Part shown: piece after piece, positions 56,756-64,000 of the stretch
Layout: every line of letters begins with the position of its first letter
How positions within the stretch are numbered: position 1 is the first letter of the stretch
From: the human T2T-CHM13v2.0 reference genome, Homo sapiens
NCBI RefSeq assembly: GCF_009914755.1
Contig: NC_060926.1
Length of the DNA: 64,000 nucleotides
Reading direction: 5' to 3' (one strand)
The notes under the pieces: generated by a model
Seen by the model: only the letters and a program-made list of their open reading frames with translations
Told to the model about the DNA's origin: nothing
Databases searched by the model: none
Translations under genes and position numbers: made by a program

Positions 56756-57023
56756 GGACAGAAAACCAAACACTGCATGTTCTCACTCATAGATGGGAAT
56801 TGAACAATGAGAATACTTGGACACAGGGTGGGGAACATCACACACCAGGGCCTGTCGGGGGGTGGGGGGCTGGGGGAGGGATAGCATTAGGAGAAATACC
56901 TAATGTAAACGATGAGTTGGTGGGTGCAGCAAACCAACATGGCACATGTATAGCTATGTAACAAACCTGCACGTTATGCACAATACCCTAGAACTTAAAA
57001 TATAATAATAATAATAATAATAA
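56756..57023 (+). mobile_element. Short 5'-truncated L1PA (L1PA5/6-like) 3' end
   Basis: L1PA 3'UTR with G-tract and (TAA)n tail; 18-bp TSD AGAAATACCTGTAAGTTA (56738-56755) / AGAAATACTTGTGAGTTA (57024-57041). Confidence 0.93.
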
Positions 57024-57279
57024 AGAAATACTTGTGAGTTAATGAATGAAAAGATAAGCAGTAACATAAGTTATTTATCAATTTCTAGGAAGGAAGAATC
57101 CTTGTAATGATTTTCCCATAATGTACGTGGTTTCCACCTAATGATTTACAGGCTGTGCAAGCATTTCTTCAACATGCTGTCTCCAGCACCTCCTTGGAGT
57201 TTTAAAGATGAGCTGGCTACCTTTCTGTGTGGTTAAAATTGACATTTAGAACCAGTCAGGCTTTCTGAAGATGATCTTT

Positions 57280-58080
57280 GACAAGCTGAGGAAGTTCATT
57301 TCTATTCCTAATTTGCTGAGAATTTTAATCATGAATAGATGTTGAATTTCGTCACATACTTTTTCTGCATCAATTGATATAATCGTGTGGTTTTTTTTTC
57401 TTTAGCCTATCGATACGATGGATTACACTGGTGAATTTTTGAATATTGAACCAGCCTTGCATCCCTGGAATAAACTTCACTTGATCCTGGTGCACAATTC
57501 TTTTTATATATTGCTGAATTATTTGCTGACATTTTTGCATCAATACTCCTTGCTAAAGGGTATTGGTCTGTTGTTTTCTTTTTGGTACTGCTCTTGTCTG
57601 GTTTGGTATCTGTCAGGGCAATATTAGCTTCATAAAATGAATTGAGAAGTGTTCCCTCCTCTTCTGTTTTTTGGAAGAAGTTGTATAGAATTGCTTTTAT
57701 TTTGTAGAATTCACTAGATAAACTATATGGACCTGGAGATTTTTTGGGGGAGGAGTTTTAAAATTACAACTTCAAATTTTAACTGTTTTTGCTAGTTGTA
57801 GGGCTATTCAGTTATTTTCTTCATATTGGTTGAGGGCTATTCATATTTTCTTCACCAACACAAACTGCAGTTGGTGTTTTTTGAGGAATTGGTTGTTGCA
57901 GTTGGTGTTTTTTGACGAACTGGTCCATTTCAGCTTAGATGTCATGTGTGTATATGGTTGCTCAAATATTCCCTTGTGAACTTTTTGATTTCTACAGGGT
58001 CTGTAGTGATTTCTACAGGGTCTGTAGTGATACAGTTTCATTCTCAAACTGATAATCTGTGGTTTCTGTCTTTTTGTCAG
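57280..58080 (-). mobile_element. Old L1M ORF2 fragment
   Basis: gaggaagttc...ttctattcctaatttgctgaga...gaaccagccttgcatccctggaataaac...cataaaatgaattgagaagtgttccctc. Confidence 0.75.
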
Positions 58081-58740
58081 TCAGGGGTCAAAAGTGGGTT
58101 GCCTTGTGGCTGGACGATGGTGACGTCCATGTTCTCTGCGTTCTTTACGTCGTCCTTCCTGGCTCTACAGGGAGGGGAGTGCTCATTATCACCCAGCAGA
58201 GAAGAAAATCCCTCTTCTGCCCTTTTCCTTCTCTGACACCACCCCAATAGAAAAGCCAGGGTGTTCCTTACACTCTGGTGAGGATGGAATCTAAACAGCC
58301 CATTCAGACTTTGCTGCAGTTGGGGCCACCGTTTCTTCTGTGGTGTTTGGCTGGAGAGGAGCAGTTATTGTGTAAAACTTCTGTGCCTTGTGAGGTTGAC
58401 TCTTCCCTATTCTCTTGTCTAGATAAAGCCGGCTATTGTTGGGGCTTTTGTTGCCTGTGCCCATTGGCATTTCTGGGCTGCCGGCTTCTTCAGCTCCAAG
58501 TCTGAGACATGAGAGACAAAAAGAAGACCCAGAGAACTGAATGCCATGGTCTGGGGGTCTCCAGCCAGCATTTCTTCTGCTATCTTTCAGAGTTATATTT
58601 GCTTTACATATAGTATCCAGGCTCTTTAGGTGTATAGAGTGGAATAGAGAAAAATGCATCTACTCCATCTTCCCAAAAACAGCAATCTGTTTTTTTCTGC
58701 TTTTTTCATCTTTTTTCATTTTTCACTTTTGTTTTTGTTA

Positions 58741-58836
58741 AAGAGATGGAGGTCTTACTATGTTTCCCAGGCTGGAGTGCAGTGATTATTCATAGGCGTG
58801 ATCCCACTAATGATCAGCATGGGAGTTTTGACCTGT
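58741..58836 (-). pseudogene. 5'-truncated 7SL (SRP RNA) retrocopy
   Basis: ggagtgcagtgattattcataggcgtgatcccactaatgatcagcatgggagttttgacctg matches the reverse complement of 7SL sequence absent from Alu; T-rich tail to the left. Confidence 0.85.
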
Positions 58837-59004
58837 TGTATCTTTTTAAATTTTCATTTTCTTACTTTTTTTTTTTGCACAGACATTTAAAACGATGAAT
58901 TCAGGTATACCTGTCTCCTAACTTAACGGCCATTACTTTGGTCACTGATTATATCACTTCTAACCTAGTAAGAGAGATGATTACAGCAAAGAATTACTTT
59001 CTGT

Positions 59005-61719
59005 TGAAGATGGCCAAATAGGAACAGCTCCCAGCAAGACCAATGCAGAAGGCGGGTGATATCTGCATTTCCAACTGAGGTACCCGGGTCATCTCATTGG
59101 GACTGGTTAGACAGTGGGTGCAGCCCATGGAAGGCAAGCAGAAGCAGGATAGGGCATCACCTCACCCAGGAAGTGCAAGGGGTCAGTGAACTCCCTCCCC
59201 TAGCCAAAGGACGCTGTGAGGGACTGTGCATTCTGGCCCAGATACTACACTTTTCCCTTGGTTTTTGCAACCCAGAGACCAGGAGATTCCCTTGGGTGCC
59301 TACACAACCAGGGCCCTCGGTTTCAAGCACAAAACTAGGTGGCTGTTTGGGCAGACACTGAGCTAGCTGCAGGAGGCTCCCCCCCGCCCAGTGGCTCCTG
59401 GAATGCCAGCAAGAGAGAACTGTTCACTCCCCTGGAAAGGGGGCTGAAGCTAGGAAGCCAAGTGGTCTAGCTCAGCAGATCCCACTCCTATGGAGACCAG
59501 CAAGCTAAGATCCACTGGCTTGAAATTCTTGCTGCCAGCACAGGAGTCTAAAGTTGACCTGGGATACTCGAGCTTGGTGCAGGGAGGGGTACCTGCCATT
59601 ACTGAGGGTTGAGCAGGTGGTTTTCCCCTTACAGTGTTAACTCTGACTGTGCAGAACTCATGGCAGTGTGGCAAAGTGCCTGAGGACAGGCTGCCTTTCT
59701 AGATTCCTCCTCACTAGGCAAGGCATCTCTGAAAGAAAGGCAGCAGCCCCTGTCAAGGGTTTATAGATAAAACTCCCAACTCCCTGGGACAGAGCACCCG
59801 CGAGAAGGGGCAGCTGCGGGCATAGCTTCAGCAGACTTAAACCTTCCTGCCTGCCAGCGCTGAAGAGAGCAGCAGATCTCCCAGCACAGTGCTCAGCTCT
59901 GCAAAGGGACAGACTGCCTCCTCAAGTGAGTCCCTGACCCCCGTGGCTCCTGACTGGGAGACACCTCCCAGCAGGGGTCGACAGACACCTCATACAGGGG
60001 AGCTCTGGCTGACATCAGGTGGCTGCCCCTCTGGGACAAAGCTTCCAGAGGAAGGAGCAGGCACCAATCTTTGCTGTTCTGCAGCCTCCGCTGGTAATGC
60101 CCAGGCAAACAGGGTCTGGAGTGGACCTCCAGCAAACTCCAACAGACCTGCAGCAGAGGGACCTGACTGTTAGAAGGAAAACTAACAAACAGAAAACAAT
60201 AACGTCAACATCAACAAAAAGGATGCCCACAGAAAAACCCCATCCAAAGGCTATCAGCATCAAAGATCAAAGGTAGATAAATCCACAAAGACGAAAAAAA
60301 ACCAGTGCAGAAGGGCTGAATATTCCAAAAACCAGAATGCCTCTTCTCCTCCAAATGATAACAACTCCTCTCCAGCAAGGGCACAAAACTGGATGGAGGA
60401 TGAGTTTGACAAATTGACAGAAGTAGGCTTCAGAAGGTAGGTAATAACAAACTCCTCTGAGCTAAAGGAGCATGTTCTAACCCAATGCAAGGAAGCTAAG
60501 AGCCTTGATAAAAGGTTATAGGAGCTGCCAACTAGAATAACCAGTTTAAAGAAGAACATAAATGACCTGATGGAGCTGAAAATCACAGCATGAGAACTTC
60601 ATGAAGCATACACAAGTGTCAATAGCCGAATTAATCAAGCGGAAGAAAGGATATCAGAGATTGGAGATCAACTTAATGAAATAAAGCCTAAAGACAAGAT
60701 TAGAGAAAAAAGAATGAAAAGGAGTGAACAAAGCTTCCAAGAAATATGGGACTATGTGAAAAGACCAAACCTATGATTGATTGGTGTGCCTGAAAGTGAC
60801 AGGGAGAATGTAATCAAGGTGGAAAACACCCTTCATGGTATTATTCAGGAGAACTTCCCCAACCTAGCAAGACAGGCCAGCATTCAAATTCAGGAAACAC
60901 AGAGAACACCACTAAGATACTCCTCAAGAAGAGCAACCACAAGACACATAATCATCAGATTCACCAAGGTTGAAATGAAAGAAAAAATATTAAGGGCAGC
61001 CAGAGAGAAAGATCAGGTTACCTACAAAGGGAAGCCCATCAGACTAACAGTAGATCTCCCTGCAAAAACTCTACAAGCCAGAAGAGTGGGGACCGAGATT
61101 TAACATTCTTAAAGAAAAGAATTTTCCAACCCAGAATTTCATATCCAGCCAAACTAAGCTTCATAAGCGAAGGAGAAATAAAATCCTTTATAGACAAGCA
61201 AATGCTGAGATATTTTGTCACCACCAGCCCTGCCTTACAAGAGCTCCTGAAGGAAGCACTAAATATGGAAAGGAAAAACCAGTACAGGCCACTGCAAAAA
61301 CATACCAAAATAAAAAGACCAATGATACTGTAAAGAAACTGCATCAACTAATGTGCAAAATAAACAACTAGCATCATGATGACAGGATCAAATTCACACA
61401 TAACAACATTAGACTTAAATATAAATGGGCTAAATGCCCCAATTAAAAGACACAGACTGGAAAATTGGATAAAGAGCCAAGACCCATCAGTGTGCTGTAT
61501 TCAGGAGACCCATCTGATGTGCAAAGACACACACAGGCTCAAAATAAAGGGATGGAGGAATATTTACAAAGCAAATGGAAAACAAACAAACAAAAAAAGC
61601 AGGGGTTGCAATCCTAGTCTCTGATAAAACAGACTTTAAACCAACAAAGATCAAAAAAGACAAAGAAGAGCATTACATAATGGTAAAAGGATCAATGCAG
61701 CAAGAAGAGCTAACGATCC

Positions 61720-61761
<42 letters not shown>

Positions 61762-64000
61762 CAATACAGGAGCACCCAGATTCATAAAGCAAGTTCTTAG
61801 AGACCTACAAAGAGACTTAGACTCCCATACAATAATAGTGGGAAACTTTAATACTGTATATTAGACAGATCAACAAGACAGAAAATTAACAAGGATAGTC
61901 AGGACTTGAACTCAGCTCTGGGCAAAGCAGACCTAATAGATATGGAACTCTCCACCCCAAATCAACAGAATTGTACATTCTTCTCAGTACCACATAGCAC
62001 TTATTCTAAAATTGACCACCAAATTGGAAGTAAAACACTCCTCAGCAAATGCAAAAGAATGGAAATCATAGCAATCCATTTCTCAGACCACACTGCAATC
62101 AAATTATAACTCAGGATTAAGAAACTCACTCAAAACCACAGAACTACATGGAAACTGAACAACTTGCTCCCAAATGACTGCTGTGTAAAAAACTGAACAA
62201 CTTGCTCCCGGATGACTACTGGGTAAATAAATTAAGGCAGAAATAAATAAGTTCTTTGAAACCAATGAGAATAAAGACACAAGGTACCAGAATCTCTGGG
62301 ACACAGTAAAGCAGCATTAAGAGGGAAATTTGTAGCACTAAATGCCCACATCAGAAAGTGAGAAATATTTAAAATTGGTACCCTAACATCACAATTAAAA
62401 TAACTGGAGAAGCAAGAGCAAACAAATTCAAAAGCTAGCAGAAGACAAGAAATAACTAATATCAGAGCAGAACTGAAGGAGATAGGGACACCAAAAACCC
62501 TTCAAAAAAGTCAGTGAATCCAGAAACTGGTTTTTTGAAAAGATTAACAAAATAGGCCACTAGCCAGACTAACAAAGAAGAAAAGAGAGAAGAATCAAAT
62601 AGACACAATAAAAAAAATAAAGGGAATATCACCACTGATCCCACAGAAATACAAAATACCATCAGAGAACACTATAAACACCTCTATGCAAATAAACTAG
62701 AAAATCTAGAAGAAATGGATAAATTCCTGTTCACATACACCCTCCCAAGACTAAACCTGGAAGAAGTCAAACCCCTAAGCAGACCAAAAACAAGTTCTGA
62801 AATTGAGGCAGTAATTAATAGCCTACCAACAAAAAAAGCCCAGGACCAGTCGGATTCACAGCCAAACTCTATCAGAGGTACAAAGAGGAGCTGGTACCAT
62901 TCCTTCTGAAATTATTCCAAACAATAGAAAAAGAAGGACTCCTCCATAACTCATTTTATGAGGCCAGCATCACTCTGATACCAAAACCTGGCAGAGACAC
63001 AACAAAAAAAGAAAATTTCAGGTCAATATCCCTGATGAACACTGATGCAAAAATCCTCAATAAAATACTTGCAAACTGAATCCAGCAGCACACCAAAAAG
63101 CTTATCCACCACAATCAAGTTGGCTTCATCCCTGGGATGCAAGGCTGGTTCAACATACACAAGTCAATAAACATAATCCATCATATAAACAGAACCAATG
63201 ACAAAAACCACATGATTATCTAAATAGATGCAGAAAAGGCCTTCAATAAAATTCAACACCCCTTCATGCCAAAAACCCTCAATAAACGAGGTATTGATGG
63301 AACATATTTCAAAATAATAAGAGCTATTTATGACAAACCCATAGCCAATATCATACTGAAAGGGTCAAAATCTAGAAGCATTCCCTTTGAAAACCGGCAC
63401 AAGACAAGGATGCCCTCTCTCGCCACTCCCATTCAACATAGAATTGGAAGTTCTGGCCAGGGCAATCAGGCAAGAGAAAGAAATAAAGGGTATTCAAATA
63501 GGAAAAGAGGAACTCAAATTGTCTCTGTTTGCAGATGACATGATTGTATATTTTGAAATCCCCATCCCCTCAACCCAAAAACTCCTAATAAGCAACTTCA
63601 GCAAAGTCTCAGGATACAAAATCAATGTCCAAAAATCACAAATATTCCTATACACCAATAATAGACAGAGAGCCAAATCATGAGTGAACTCCCATTCACA
63701 ATTGCTACAAAGAAAATAAAATATCTAGGAATACAACTTACAAAGGACACGAAGGACCTCTTCAAGATAACTACAGACCACTGCTCAAGGAAATAAGAGA
63801 GGACACAAATAAATGGAAAAACATTCCATGCTCATGGATAGGAAGAATCAATATCATGAAAATGTCTATACTGCCCAAAGTAATTTATAGATTCAATGCT
63901 ATCCCCATCAAGCTACCATTGACTTTCTTCAGAGAACTGAAAAAGACTACTTTAAATTTCATATGGAAACAAAAAAAGACAAGACAATCCTAAGCAAAAA
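59005..64000 (+). mobile_element. 5'-intact decayed L1 (L1PA7/8-like): 5'UTR ~59005-60290, ORF1 remnant ~60291-61313, ORF2 remnant from 61376; cut by window end
   Basis: aagatggccaaataggaacagctcc 5' end; ORF1 peptides (IQENFPNLARQ, KGKPIRLT); ORF2 endonuclease (MTGSNSHIT, CCIQETHL) and RT ([16 protein letters not shown]). ORF1 start is mutated to ACG, TAG at 60438, many frameshifts. Confidence 0.95.

Noticed and set aside
60777-63683. Endonuclease and reverse-transcriptase ORF fragments as a possible novel RT system
   Set aside because: Ordinary LINE-1 ORF1/ORF2 remnants with stops and frameshifts.

Overview
Primate (most likely human) genomic DNA, not prokaryotic. The only protein-coding element is the first coding exon of SLC9A2 (Na+/H+ exchanger NHE2): ATG at 34817, splice donor after 35105, inside a CpG-island promoter at ~33.9-35.2 kb. 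About 34 kb of upstream intergenic DNA precedes it and ~29 kb of intron 1 follows; exon 2 was not found in the window. The rest is mostly interspersed repeats: Alu/FLAM, L1 (old L1M fragments, a 5'-inverted L1PA, a 5'-intact decayed L1PA7/8-like copy running off the right edge), L2, MIR, MaLR and ERV LTRs, MER5 and a 7SL retrocopy. Repeat subfamilies and boundaries come from recalled consensus sequences and are approximate. I found no evidence for a novel multi-gene system. The best leads are a nested near-perfect palindrome at 13148-13281, a TCF/LEF motif cluster upstream of the SLC9A2 promoter, two uORFs in the SLC9A2 leader and a twin-primed L1 inversion.
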